Assembly (NCBI RefSeq): GCF_004010195.1
Contig: NC_057758.1
Span: 4,259,104 to 4,311,365, forward strand
From: Chiloscyllium plagiosum
Taxonomy: Eukaryota
Direction of reading: 5' to 3'
DNA length: 52,262 nucleotides
A program made the position numbers and the translations under genes. The notes below the pieces were generated by a model, which had not been told where the DNA came from, made no database searches, and saw nothing but the letters and a program-made list of their open reading frames with translations. Positions 12,060 to 25,295 of the stretch are shown here, one piece after another; position 1 is the stretch's first letter; each line of letters begins with the position of its first letter.

Positions 12060-13385
12060 CCCGTCTTCTATAATCAATACCCTGGCTGATAAATGCCAGA
12101 TTGCCAAAAGCTTCTGCACAGTGATTCCACTTTCAGAGAACGGTGCACCTGAACTCCAAAGTCCCTCTGCTCTATTGCACTTCTTAATGCCCTACCATTC
12201 TCCTACCTTGATTTAATTTCCCAAGTGCAAGACCTCACACTTTTCAATAATCAATAGCATGTGCCAATTCTCACACTCCTTCCCCAGATGATCAAGTTCC
12301 TGCTGCAATTACCGAACACCTTCCTTAGTATACACAATAATTCCTGGTTCAGTGTCAATTGCCAATTTACCAGTCATGCCTTATATATTCTCATCGAAAT
12401 CATTGATATAGATAACAAACAACAATAGACCCAGCACTGACCCTGGAGACACCCAACCAGTCACATGCCTCCAGACAGACAAGCATCCTTCCACTATTAT
12501 CCTTTTTTTCTTCTTTTTTAGGTTGAACAGGATATCTGACATTTCTGTTTTTTAACAGTCCACTTTAATTTTTTTTAATAACCACACATACTAACGCCTA
12601 ACTGCAGGAGTGCTTATTTTTCCACAGCAGCGGTGTTGTGTGTGTGTCTGTGCAGGTGTGTGACACAGTGAAAGACATAAGGTGTACAAATCATTATTAA
12701 ATTTCCACCACCAAGAAGAAAAGAAACACACAAGTGGCCAGCGACAAGCAGTCGCCTGCACATCAAAGGGCAATACTGTGTGATCAGACAATCAAGGGGA
12801 GGGCAGGGATTACATCAAAATAGAATTGGAGGGGAAAATAATATACTCCACTCCCTGCGGCATCCACAACTCCCTGAACAGCTCAAGGTTTTTGGTGGAC
12901 ACTGTGTGATTCTTCTCCAGACACCCGGGCTCTAACATAAACGTGGAAGAGGGGCAGCCAGCCGGCCCTAACGACCTCCTCCATGGCTTGCTGCCTGGAC
13001 CTGGTAATGGTCAGTTTGGCCAGGCCGAGCAGCAGACCCACGAGGAGGTCCTCTGATCTACCCTAAATTCTCCGTATCGAATGTCCGAAGATCAGAAGCG
13101 TGGGAGTGAAGTGTAATTAAAATGAGAGAAAAGGTTTTTTAAGAAATCACAAAGGGAGTGCAAGAACCCATACTCAATATAATTCTTCCAATATTACGCT
13201 CTGCTTCCTATCATTAATCCAATGTATGTCCAATTTGCTAGGTTCTTCTAGACTCCAAATCGATCTAACTTTCCAGAGCACCCTACTACACTTATGAAAG
13301 GCCGAACTGAAATCCATATAGACTGCATCTCCCACACTTCCTTTGTCAATACTCCAGGTCACTTTATCAAAGAAGTCTAAATGCT
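12060..13385 (-). mobile_element. CR1 RT fragment interrupted by a Tx1 insertion
   Basis: Antisense SGVSPGSVLG, FVIYINDFD and GKLAIDTE (KFADDT-like) left of 12500; DAVYMDFSSAF (ORF 13174..13362) right of 13185. Confidence 0.75.
12500..13184 (-). mobile_element. Tx1/L1-clade LINE 3' fragment
   Basis: Minus strand reads HFTPTLLIFGH...RSEDLLVGLLLGLAKL...RSRQ...LPLF.VYVRARVS, which I recognise as a Tx1 ORF2 C-terminus. T-rich tail at about 12503-12520; candidate 12-bp TSD cttccactatta (12488-12499) / cttccaatatta (13185-13196). Confidence 0.75.
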
Positions 13386-13399
13386 CCTCTGAAATACGT

Positions 13400-16300
13400 A
13401 ACTCGTGACTCAGCGGCCTCCATTCGCAGCAGCGGGAGCAGTGTGAGGGTGTATAGGAGGACGGTCAGGAAGGGAAGTTTCCATTTTAAAAACTGAAATC
13501 CTGAATAGTTGGAATGAAGTCTCAAAGACAGTGGACCGAGACACGGGGATTACTGGACACATGAACTGGGTGTATATTCGGACCACTGTGAAACTGGAGT
13601 AGCTACACATCCCTCCGCCGCTGGGGAAAAAAGACAGGATCCGGTGGCTTGGTAATGTCAGGCTTTTTTTCCCCATTATTTAATCTCTGTTGGCAATTTA
13701 GAGCAGGGGGATGGACGTTAGGGCAGTTACATCATCCTCTGGCAGGATGTGGAATGGAAGGGTTATCACTGGTGTCCCTGCTGACTGCAGCTGTGAGAAG
13801 TGCACCCAAATCCAAGTCCTCCCAGATTACGTTCGGCAACTGGAGCTGGAGCTGGATGAACTTCGGATCTTTCAACTGGCTGAGGGGTTAATAGAGAGGA
13901 ATTTGGGGGAGGTAGTCACATCTAAGGCTCAGGATAAGTGTACGAGGAGAAAGTGAGGACTGCAGATGCTGGAGATCAGAGCTGAAAATGTGTTGCTGGA
14001 AAAGCGCAGCAGGTCAGACAGCATTCAAGGAACAGGAGAATCGACGTTTCGGGCAAAAGCCCTTCTTCCTGAAGAAGTTCTTATGCCCGAAACGTCGATT
14101 CTCCTGTCCCTTGGATGCTGCCTGACCTGCTGCGCTTTTTCAGCAATACATTTTCAGCTCAGGATAAATGTAGCTGGGTGACCGTCAGGAGAGGAAAAGA
14201 CAATAGGCAGACAGTGAAGGGACAGCCTGCTGCCGTTTCTCTCAATAATATTTATGTCATTTTAAATTCTGTTGGGTAGGGCAGCAACCTATCAGGAGAA
14301 ACGACACGTTTCTGGCACTGAGCCTGGCTCTGTGGCTCAGAAGGGAAGCAGGAAACATGGGAGAAAAATATTGATAAGAAATACAATGGTAAGACTAACA
14401 GATAGGAGATTCAATGGTTGCGAGCGAAATACCCATCTTATATGTTGCCAGGATCAAAGATGTTTTGGATAGGATCTACAGGATTCGTAAGGGGGAGGAA
14501 GAGGTGCCAGAATATCGCCATATACATCAGTACCAATAATGTATGGAGGAAAAGGGATGAGGAGCTGAAAAAGAGAGTTCAGGTGGAAGTTAGCATATAG
14601 GACGGTCAAAGTAGTAATCTCAAGATTGCTACCCGCGCCCCGTGCTGGTGAGGCGAGGGATAATGAGGGAGTGCTGCTGAACACGTTGCCTCAGGGTGGC
14701 GAAGGAGGGATGGCTTCAGATATGTGTACCTTTGGGATGCCCTTTGGGGAATGTGGGATCTTTAGAAGAAGGACGGGTTTCCCCTGAATTGGAAGGGCGG
14801 GAGTATTGCAAAAGCTTTTTGCGAAGATTGAAAATACATTGGAAGGGGGTGGGAACCAGAACTACAGATTGGGTGATGAATTAGGTAGTTAACCAACCAG
14901 ATGCAGTGTGCAGAGAGTCTGTGAGTAGGCATAGGTACTTGATAGGGTAAACGTGCAGTAAGTGTAATAATTCAAGAAGTATCAGTATTAAAGGGGATGA
15001 ACTCAGAGCATGGATGAGTTCTTGGAACTATAACGTTGTGAAAATTACAAAGACTTGGATATGAAAGAGGCAGGAATGTTTGTTGGATGATCCAAGTGTT
15101 AGATGTTCCAGAACCAATGGTGGGAGGGAATGGTGGGGAGTCTGAAGGTAATAGAGGTGGAGGAGTGACATTGCTAATCTGGAATTCTATCGCAACTGCA
15201 GAACTGGAGACGTCGAGGAGGGTCTGTCTCCAGAGTCACTTTGCTTTGAAGTCAGAAACAAGAAAGGAGCAGCCACTTTATTGGACGTTTCTTTTACAGG
15301 CCCCTCAAAAGCAAGAAAGAGGCAGAGGAGCAAATTGGAAGGCAGCTTTTCAAGAGGTGCAGAAGTAAGGCAGTTGTCAGAAGGTACTTCAACTTCTCTA
15401 ATGTTGATTGGAACTCCTTAATTCAAATTGTTTGGAATTAGCATTATTTGTCAATTGTGTTAAGGAAGGGTTTCTGGTGCAATATATGGATAGGCTGGCT
15501 CAAGGGAAGCCATATTGGATTTGGTGGTGAGTCAATGAAACATGCCGCTTGTCAAATCACTCAGTGGGAGAGCATTTTAGTGATAGTGATTACAACTTCC
15601 TGATGTTTATTATACCCATAGAGAGGAATAGTAGCAGACAGTATGGGAACTACGATTTCAGTTGGCAGTAACTGGGTTGCCTAAATTGGGAATGGATGCT
15701 CTCAGGGAGGTGAACAACAGAAATGTTGGGGTCGGTTAGGAAGCACATGCTCAGGTTTGCCCCACCGAGGCAAGGAAGGAGTAGTGGATTGAAAGAGCCT
15801 GGGGTAACATGGGAAGTGGAACATCTAGTCAAATGGAAGAAGGAAGCTTACATAATGTTGATGAGGCAAGGATCTGACAGGGCTTTGAGGACTACAAGGG
15901 TGCCAGGAAGAAAGTGAAGAATGGACTTAAGAGAGATAGAAGGAAAGATGAAAAAAGCTTTAACGGGTATGATTAAGGGAAATCCTAAGGCGTTGTACAC
16001 TTACGTGAGGAACACGATTATGGCCAGAGTGAGGGTATGGTTGATCAAGGATAGTGGAGGTATTTTGTGGCTTAAGAGGAAGGAAGTAGGGGAGCTCCTT
16101 AATGAATATTTTGCTTCATTATTCACAACTGAGAATGTCCTTGACTTTTGGGAGGACAGGGTGAAATGACTGATGTGCTGGAACAACTTGATGTTAGAAA
16201 GGAGGATGGGCTGAACATTTTGAAAAACATAAGGATGGGTAAATCCCCAGGGCTGGATGGGATATAACAGAGGTTTACTGCAGAAAGCGTGAGAAGAGAA

Positions 16301-17125
16301 GCTCCGTCTTTGGCGATGATCGTTGCGCCCTCATTGTCCACTGGTACAGGGCCAGATGAATTGAGGATGTCAAATGTTGTTAAAGAAAAGACAAGCTACT
16401 CTTCCGTCAGTGGTGGCTGCAGTATTAGAGATCATACTGAGACACAAGATTTTAGGGACTTTAAATTTGTAGCTTGATTTGACATAGCCATCATGTTTTT
16501 TTTTTGTGGGACAGGACTGCCTCACAAACATTGTTGACTTCTTTGAGTATGTGAAGAAAAATATGTTGCTGAAGGTAGAGCATGTGGCGTCCAAGGCGTT
16601 TGATGATGTATCCCAATGGTCGGCTCATTCAGGAAGTAAGGATACATGGGATGCAGTGATATCTGTCTGTTTGGATACAGAGTTGGCAAGGCTCCAGGAG
16701 ACAGAGTGCTGTGTTTGATGGAAGGTTTTTAGCCTGATCCTTTTTGGCCAGTGGTGTTCACAGGAATCGGATCTGTCCCCTCTGCTGATTGTGATTTTTA
16801 CAAATTACTTGGGTGAGGAAGTGGATCAGTTATTAGTAATTTGCCGATGATACGAAGTTTGAGAAAGTTTGCGGAAGTTGTGGATGGTGTGAAATATTGC
16901 TATAGGTTGCAACGGTGCTTTGCCAGAATGCAGAACTGGCTGATAAGACGTAGGTGTAGTTCAACCTGAAAGGTGTGAAGTAATTCACTTTGGAAGGTCC
17001 AGCTTGAATGTAGAATACAGGGTACATTCCCGGCATGTTGACAGTGTGAGTCAACATCCACATGTCTGTAGATCCCTCAACGTTGCCACAAAATTTCATA
17101 GGGCTGTTAAGCGGGCACATCGAAT
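13400..17125 (+). mobile_element. Near full-length decayed CR1 LINE (5'UTR, ORF1 with Zn-finger/leucine zipper and esterase-like region, ORF2)
   Basis: ORF 13711..13956 MDVRAV...CEKCTQIQVL..VRQLELELDELRI..AEG is CR1 ORF1. RGGGVTLLI, GEHFSDSD.N, IKGNPKALYTYVRN and CLTNIVDFFE follow. The 5' boundary is approximate. Confidence 0.85.
13943..14160. mobile_element. PLE pseudo-LTR fold-back insertion inside CR1 ORF1
   Basis: About 90-bp inverted arms (13979-14068 / 14071-14160). Flanked by aggataagtgta (13931-13942) and aggataaatgta (14161-14172). Hammerhead boxes ctgaaga...gaaacgtc at 14069-14096. Confidence 0.88.
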
Positions 17126-17129
17126 CGAG

Positions 17130-19660
17130 ACCATAGAACATTGGATATTACAGTGCGGTACAAGCCCTTGATGTTGCACAGACCTTAGGAACCAATCTGA
17201 AGCCTATTTGCCCTAAGCTATTCTATTTTTATCAGTATGTTTATCAATGAACATTTAAATGCCCTTAAACTTGGCGAGCCGACTACTGTTGAAGTCAGTG
17301 CGTTCCACGCCCTTATTACTCTAGGAGTGAGCAAACAACCTCTGTCATCTGTCCTATATCTATCATCCCTCAATTTAAAGCGATGTTCCCTCGTGCTAGC
17401 CTTCAGCATTTCAGCAAAATGACTGTCACTGTTAACCTTATCTAAACTTTTGATTACATTACATGTCTCAATTCATTCACCTCTCAGCCTTCCTCTCTCG
17501 AATGAAAACAGTCTCAAACTGGTCAGCCTTTCCTCATGGTACTTTCCCTACAAACCAGGCAACATCCTATTCAATCGCCTCTGCACCCTTTCCAAAGCTT
17601 CCACATCCTTCCTAGATCCGAAACACAACCAATAGAAGGAAACACATCGTAAGCCTTCTTAATTACGTCCTATCCACATGGATACCGAGATCACTCTGCT
17701 CATCGACACTACCAAGAATCTAACCATTAGCCCAGTAGAATTTATTCGTGTTGCCCCTATCAAAGATATTGAACTCCCACGTTTCGGCATTAAACTCCCT
17801 TTGCCACCACTTCGCTCAGCTCTGCAGGTTATCTACGCCCCTATGATACCAGTGACATCATTCAGTACTATCCACAACAACACCAACATTAGTGTCATCC
17901 GCAAATTCACTAACCCATTTTCATATGCGTTCACCAACTCATTTATAAAAATGATAATCAGCAGTAGCCCGAAACAGATCGTTGCAGTACATCACGAGTA
18001 ACGGAACTCCGGGATGAATATTTCCCATCAATGACCACGCTCTGTCTACTTTTAATGGCCAACTTCTGGTCGAAACCGCGAAATCGTCCTCAAGTTTGTG
18101 CAGCAGCCTATTGTGGGGAAGTAATAGCATTATTGAAATCCCCATACACCACATCGACCGCTTTACCCTCATCTAATCATTTTCTCACCATCTCAAAGAA
18201 ATCAATAAAGTGTACGAGGCAAGACCTCGCTTTGAAAAACCGTGTTAACTATCCCTAATCGATTTATTCCTCTCTAGATGATTATAAATCCTATCTTTTA
18301 TAACCTTTTTCCATCACTACGCACACACAAAGTCAAGCACACTGGACCATAATTTCTATGGTTCACTCCACCTGCTACCATATTTGAATAAAGGGACGAC
18401 ATTTGCTACTCGCCAGTCTTCTGGCATTATCCTTGTAGACAAGATCGACATAAAGATCAAAGCAAAAAGCTCTGCAATCTCCTCCCCGACATCCCAGAAA
18501 ATCCTCGGATAAGCCCCATCTGGTCGAAGGTACTTATTTATTTTCAGACTTTCCAGAATAGCTAAGACCTCTTCCTTGCGAACATAAATCCCATCTCGTC
18601 CACTAGACTATATCTCAGTGTTCTCCTTGAAAACATTGTCCTTTTCGTGTGTGAACACTGACGAAAGTTATATATTTAGCACTTTCCCTATTTCTTTGGA
18701 CTCCACACACATCTTCCCACAACTTTCATTGATTGACCCTAATCTTTCTCTAGTTATCCTTTTATTTCTGTTACACCGGCAGAATGATTTAGGGTTTGCA
18801 TTGATCTTATCCACCAGCGATGTCTCATGACAATTCCTGGTTCTTCTCAACTCTCTCTTTATGTCTTCAATGGCTAACATGTATCTATCAAGCACCCTAA
18901 ATGACCCCTCACGTCTCACCCTAACATAAGTCTTCTTCTTTGGTTTGACAAATGATTCAACTTCTTCAATAAACTGCGGCTCCCTCGCTCGCCCAGTTCT
19001 TCCCTGCCTGACACACAGTCGCTGTTCCTTGAATAAGCTCCACATTTCAATTGCACCCATCACTGCAGTTTTCTTCCGCATCTTACGCATCATTAAACTT
19101 GCCTAATCGCATCATATTTGCCTTTACCCCACCAATAACTGATGTCCTGTGTTATAAAACTAAAGCTTTCCATCGCTAAAGGAAACATAACCGAATTGTG
19201 ATCACCATCGCCAAAGTGTTCACATACCACCAAATCTAACACCTGGCCAGTAGCAAACTCCCAAAGGGTGAGCTCTCTTTTCCTGTTTCTAACCTCTGCC
19301 CATATTGTCAGTAGACGAGTATTCAAGCATCCTGTCTGTCACCGTAATACTGTTCTTGATGAACAATGCCACACCACTCCATCTTTTACCATCTTATGTG
19401 TTCTTTCTGAAACATCTAAATCCGGATCCTGCAACAAACATTACTGTCCCTGCTCTATCCATGTCTCTAAAAAGGTCATAACATCGAAGTCCCAGGTAAC
19501 AACCTCTGCTGCAAGTTCACCCACCTTATTCCGGATGCTCCTGGCATTGATGGAGACTCTCTTCAGACCACCTTCCTACTTGCCAGTAAACTCTTGCTAC
19601 CTTGAAACCATATTTCTGACATCTCTACTCTCACCCTCTTGGCACTGCAACCACAATTTA
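17130..19660 (-). mobile_element. Decayed CR1 LINE ORF2 (mirror of 4080-6616)
   Basis: ORFs 18668..19093 and 19093..19326 mirror 4627..5052 and 4394..4627; antisense VSEFADDTNV at about 17890-17915. Confidence 0.88.
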
Positions 19661-19664
19661 CATT

Positions 19665-20620
19665 GGCTTTCATTAGAAGGGGGATTGAGTTTAACAACTG
19701 TGACATTATGCTACTGTTCTATAGAACCCAGGTTCAACACACTTGGAATATTATATTCAGTTCTGCTCGTCTAATTACAGGAGTGATGTGGAAGCTTTAG
19801 CAGAGATTTAACACGATGCGGTCTGAACTGGAGAACATGTGTTATAAAGAAAGTTTGACGCAGCTCAGACTTTTATCTTTTGGAGTTAAGAAGGATGACT
19901 TCATAGAGGTGTGCAAGGTGTTGAGAAGTAACGATAGCCAGAGGCATTTTCTCAGGGTGGAGATGTCTATCATGAGAGGGTCACAAATTTAAGCTGATTG
20001 GAAGAAGTTTAAGGGGAGATGTCAGGGATAGGTTCTTTACACAGATAGTGGCGGGTGCGTGCACTGCACTGTCAACTGTGGTAGTAGAGTCAGGTATATT
20101 AGGGACATTTAAGCGACTCGTGGATAGGCACATGAAAGTTAATTCAGTGAAAGATCTGTAGGTTTGTTTGATCTCAGAGCATGATAAAAGGCTGGCAAAG
20201 CATCGAGGACCGAAGGCACTGTATATCACTACGCTGTTCTCCGTTCTATGTTCTCCCAAACTTGTGGGGCATGATCTCGCACGCACCAAGACATGCTGAC
20301 TATTTTTAATCAAAACCTGTCTATCCAAATGCTTGCATATCTTAACTGTCAGAATCTAATCTTACTAACACAGATGTTTGTTTTGCTGCTCAGTACATCC
20401 AAGGATGTCCTAAGTAGCCCTTCTCTAATAAGTGCACAATAATCGCTATCGTCCGGTCATCTGGAGTTCACTCGTGGCTAACACCGATGCAAAAATGTAA
20501 GCCAGGGCTACCATAATTTCTTCACTGTTAATTGCTTAGTTGGTGCCACTGGCAACTATGTTATACACATTGGCAACTGCTTGTAAATTTGGCACTGGGC
20601 TATTTTCAGAAACATGTAAT
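19665..20620. mobile_element. Two CR1 fragments (mirror of 3130-4075)
   Basis: Plus-strand 3' end with gttctatgttct at about 20243-20254, then a minus-strand RT fragment. Confidence 0.72.
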
Positions 20621-21699
20621 CTCTCAATTTTTGGGAGTCCACATAACGTTTTTATCTCTACAGAGGCAGATCATGTGGTGGGCAGGTGAAATGCAACAGT
20701 TTATGTGGGTATATGATCAACAACTCATAAAACAGTTATTTATATGAAGACAACATCTCTGATATGTTTTAAGTATTCTAAATGCGATAGACAAAGGTCA
20801 GTGATCCTGCAATGAATGAATCATTTCACGCAAAATGAATGCAATTGCCTCATCCTTTGGATATAATCTGACGTGCTAGTCTCCTCAATCATCGAGGAAG
20901 GATTATGGAAGATTATGGAAGGTCCCCTTTCCTTTGGCTGCTTACTTTTCCATCTCTCGTCACAGCTAGAATTGTAGAAAGGAGCTTGGTCAGATACATT
21001 TTTGCGGAATCACTGTAGGTTTAAATTCAGCAAGACACAGAGAACTGTCAGGCTTGTGCTGACAAATGGCAAGAGAACTTTGTTTCACACCGTTTTAAGT
21101 AAAGTCCGAATTCCAACAAAATGAAATCAAAAACAGTACCCGCCGCCACGGCCTTGATACACATTGATGTTCCCATCACTGAATGTCGCACAAGTAACAT
21201 CCTGTGTTCACCACTCATTTCTAGCTGAACCTGAAAACAACATTTATCCTGGTGTTACATCATCCATAGCATCAAAAATGATTCTACGTAGGATAAAATT
21301 CGCCGTTTGATTAATAATCTGTTGAACACTTGAAAAATGTCAATCTGATCTATCCCCGTAGGGGCAGCAGTGTGCACCTTGTACCATATACACTGTTGCG
21401 GCTCGCAAAGATCCCTTTGGCAGCACTCTCTGCAGCCATGATCAGTAACAAGAGAATAAAAGAGACGGCAAATTCTAGTGATAACTTGATGGTCACTTTC
21501 AAACCAGAAAGCATCAAGACATAGAACGACATGAGCGTTTTTTCACAATAATGGGGACAGAACTGTGTGCATTGCCTCCTGACAGCACTGTCGCTTGATC
21601 TGACCCCAGCACCGAGTGCAGTGCCTCAAGTGAGGGAGTTCATCGCCACCTACTGAAGGGCAATTGGTGTGAGAATTGTATGCCACTTAGAAAAAGTGG

Positions 21700-21900
21700 T
21701 AGTGCAGCACTGGAAAATCACAACCGATCAGGCAGCAACCGAGGACCAGAAGAATCGACGTTTCAGGCTAGGGACCTACATCAATAAGGGCTTATACCCG
21801 GAACGTCCATTCTCTTGCTTCTTGCATGTTGCCTGACCTTCTGTGCTTTTGCAGCAACACACTCTCGACTGTGATCTTCTCTATATGCAGTCATCACCTT
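21700..21900. mobile_element. Degenerate PLE pLTR fold-back (mirror of 1843-2040)
   Basis: aatcgacgtttcagg...aagggcttatacccggaacgtcc...gttgcctgacc. Confidence 0.75.
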
Positions 21901-22090
21901 CTTCTGCCATGAAAAAAACCACTGCACTCAGTAACGGAACCAAAACTAGCACCGACAAGCACAATGAAGATGAATATTTGGTACACATGATGACGCCTTA
22001 TGAGATGTGATGTCGGACAGAGGCAAGTAAGCATTTGATACGGAATCAGGTGTAGAGCGATGGAATCTGCACCAGTGACCGATATGTGAG

Positions 22091-22114
22091 TCATTTCATG
22101 ACGTCATGAAATGA
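22091..22114. promoter_or_regulatory. Mirror copy of the CRE-centred 24-bp palindrome
   Basis: tcatttcatgacgtcatgaaatga, overlapped on its left by tgagtca (AP-1). Confidence 0.4.
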
Positions 22115-23042
22115 TGTGAAAAAAGGAGTCTCCACAGATTTCAGAGATAGTAAGTATTTTAATTATTCTCGCCGTTTAATGCATTTAACATTTTGCTTAA
22201 AAGACAATTCAGCAATTCTTCAACTGCTCGGTGAACTTAGTCTCAGACACAACATAATGACAACTTTTTTTACAGCAACTCAGCAAATGCAGCACAAAAG
22301 ATATGTTACAAAAAAGGTCAGGCATCCATGTCGGACTGTAATCAAAGCTATACATACATCTTTATATCGGATAAACAATCAGCATTGTCCATAGTAAGGC
22401 AAAGATCCCCGGGATAACAACCAGTAAAACAATTCACTTCCTTCAATTATTCACGTTCATCTCCTTCTGTTCATCTCGCATGGCTAATATCACAAGTGAT
22501 TGCACAACGTTACTCTGAGTCCCCAAAGACATTCTTCGAAAACCAAATCAGATGTGTAAACTGATAAATTTTCAGGATTTGATGATTTCACCGAAACAAA
22601 AATTCTGCTATTTTTTGCAGTCATATCGGAAGGTTAACAGAGAGTGGCTTCGTACCACTAAACACAAGAACACACGGAGATAGAGAGACAGATAGAGAGA
22701 GTCTGTGTTGGTGTGTGCGTGTGTGTGTGAGTGTGTGTGTGTGTGAGGGAGAGAGAGAGAGTGAGAGACAGAGAGTCTAAGCCTTTCATCCATCATGTTT
22801 TCATTCCTTTATTCAAATTGTGTCCTGTTGCAGGCAGATTATCTTTGTCAAATATACACATGCACACGAACGCAGCTACATACAGTGACACGCACGCAAA
22901 TATAAACAAAAAAATCACAATTATTTGTACGCATGCATAGCAAAACATACACACAAACAGGCAATAGAAGACAGGTACATATAGATACACATACACAGAC
23001 ACGCAATGTGCCTCGGCATATTATCAGGGAAGTAGCTGAAAA

Positions 23043-23241
23043 NNNNNNNNNNNNNNNNNNNNNNNNNNNNNNNNNNNNNNNNNNNNNNNNNNNNNNNNNN
23101 NNNNNNNNNNNNNNNNNNNNNNNNNNNNNNNNNNNNNNNNNNNNNNNNNNNNNNNNNNNNNNNNNNNNNNNNNNNNNNNNNNNNNNNNNNNNNNNNNNNN
23201 NNNNNNNNNNNNNNNNNNNNNNNNNNNNNNNNNNNNNNNNN
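23043..23241. other. Assembly gap (199 N)
   Basis: N run; the mirror segment 298-676 is 379 bp. Confidence 0.99.
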
Positions 23242-25124
23242 GCGGATATGGAAGTATCCCTTGGGGCCTTGGAGGGAAGTAAGGGTGGAGGTGTGGGCGC
23301 AAGTTTTGCATTTCATGCGGTTGCAGGGGAAGGTGCCGGGAGTGGAGGTTGGGTTAGTGGGGGGTGTGGACCTGACGAGGGAGTCACGGAGGGAGTGGTC
23401 TTTTCGAAACGGTGATAGGGGAGGGGAGGGAAATATATCCCTGGTGGTGGGGTCCCTTTGGAGGTGGCCGAAATGACGGCGGATGATACACTGTACATGG
23501 AGGTTGGTGGGGTGGTAGTTGAGGACCAGTGGTGTGCTGTCCTGGTGGCAGTTGGATGGGCAGGGCTCAAGGACGGAGGAGCGGGAAGTGGAAGAGATGC
23601 GGTGGAGGGCATCGTCGACCACGTCTGGAGGGAAATTGAGATCCTTGAAGAAGGAGGCCATTTGGGTTTTACGGTTTTGGAACTGGTCCTCCTGGGAGCA
23701 GACGCGGCAGAGACAAAGGAAGTGTGAATATGGGATGGCGTTTTTACAGGGGGCAGGGTGGGAGGAGGTGTAGTCTAGGTAGCTGTGGGAGTCGGTCGGT
23801 TTATAGTAAATGTCCGTGTTGATTCAGTCGCCGGAGATAGAAATGGAAAGGTCTAGGAAGGGGAGGGAGGAGTCTGAGACGGTCCAGGTGAATTTGAGGT
23901 TGGGGTGGAAGGTGTTGGTAAAGTGGTTGAACTGTTCGTCCTCCTTGTGGTTGCACGAGGCAGCGCCGATACAGTCATCGATGTAGCGGAGGAAAAGGTG
24001 GGGGATGGTGCCAGTGCAGCTGCGGAGGATGGACTGTTCCACATATCCTACGAAGAGGCAGGCATAACTGGGGCCCATGCGGGTGCCCACGGCTACTCCC
24101 TTGGTTTGCAGGAAGTGGGAGTTTTGGAAAGAGAAGTTGTTCAGGGTGAGGACCAGTTCAGTCAGTCGAAGGAGGGTGTCAGTGGAAGGGTACTGGTTGG
24201 TACGGCGGGAAAGGAAGAAGCGGAGGGCTTTGAGTCCTTCGTGATGGGGGATGGAGGTGTACAGGGACTGGATGTCTATGGTGAAGGTAAGGCGTTGGGC
24301 ACCGGGGAAGCGAAAATCATGGAGGAGGTGGAGGGCGTGGGTGGTGTCCCGAATGTAGGTGGGGAGTTCTTGGACTAAGGGGGACAGGACCGTGTCGAGG
24401 TATGCAGAGATGATTTCGGTGGGGCAGGAGCAGGCTGAGACAATGGGTCGGCCAGGGCAGTCAGGTTTGTCAATTTTGGGCAGGAGGTAGAAACGGGTGG
24501 TGCGGGGTTGTGGGACTATGATGTTGGAGGCGGTGAATGGGAGATCCCCTGAGGTGATGAGGTTATGGATGGTCTGGCAGATGGTTTGGTGGAGGGAGGT
24601 GGGGTCATGGTCAAGGTGGCAGTAGGAGGAGGTGGCCGCGAGCTGGCGTTCAGCCCCAGCGGTGTAAAGATTGGTGCGCCAATCTACTACCGCGCCTCCC
24701 TTGTCTGCTGGTTTGATAGTGAGTTTGGGGTTGGAACGGAGGGAGTGGAGGGCTGCACGTTCCGAGGGTGAGAGGTTGGAGTGGGTGAGAGGGGTGGAGA
24801 AGTTGAGGTGGTTAATGTCGCGGCAGCAGTTGGCTATGAAGAAATCGAGGGCGGGTAAGAGGCCAGCACGGGGTGTCCAGATGGATGGGGTGTGTTGGCG
24901 GCAGGAGAAGGGGTCGTCAGAGGATGGGCGAGAGTCTTGGTTGAAGAAGTAGGCACGGAGGCGAAGGCGGTGGAAGAATTGTTCGATGTCACGCCACGTG
25001 ATGAACTCGTTAATCCCAGAGCGTAGGGGAATACGGTAAGGCCTCTGCTGAGGACTGATCTTTCATCGTCAGAGAGGGGCAGTTCTGGAGGGATGGTGAA
25101 AACACGGCAGGACTGGGAGCTCGG

Positions 25125-25295
25125 ACCTGGTGTGGGGCTGGAGCTGGGAGTGGGGGCGGGGTTGGGCGTGGGGGCGGGGACTGGCGTTGGGGCGGGGACG
25201 GAGATCAGCGTGGGGGCGGAGTTGGGCGTGGTAACGGATTCGGCGTGGGGGCGGGGTTAGGCGTGGGGACGGAGATCGGCGTAGGGGCGGAGACA
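25125..25295. repeat. G-rich tandem repeat (about 18-bp unit, ggcgtgggggcgg core) within the PLE linker
   Basis: Repeated tgggggcgggg/ggcgtgggggcgg blocks; encodes repeated RPHA..RP hexapeptides on the minus strand. Confidence 0.8.

Larger units (their letters stand above)
15152..23538 (-). repeat. Large inverted repeat, arm A'
   Basis: Reverse complement of 1-8635 (see arm A). Confidence 0.97.
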
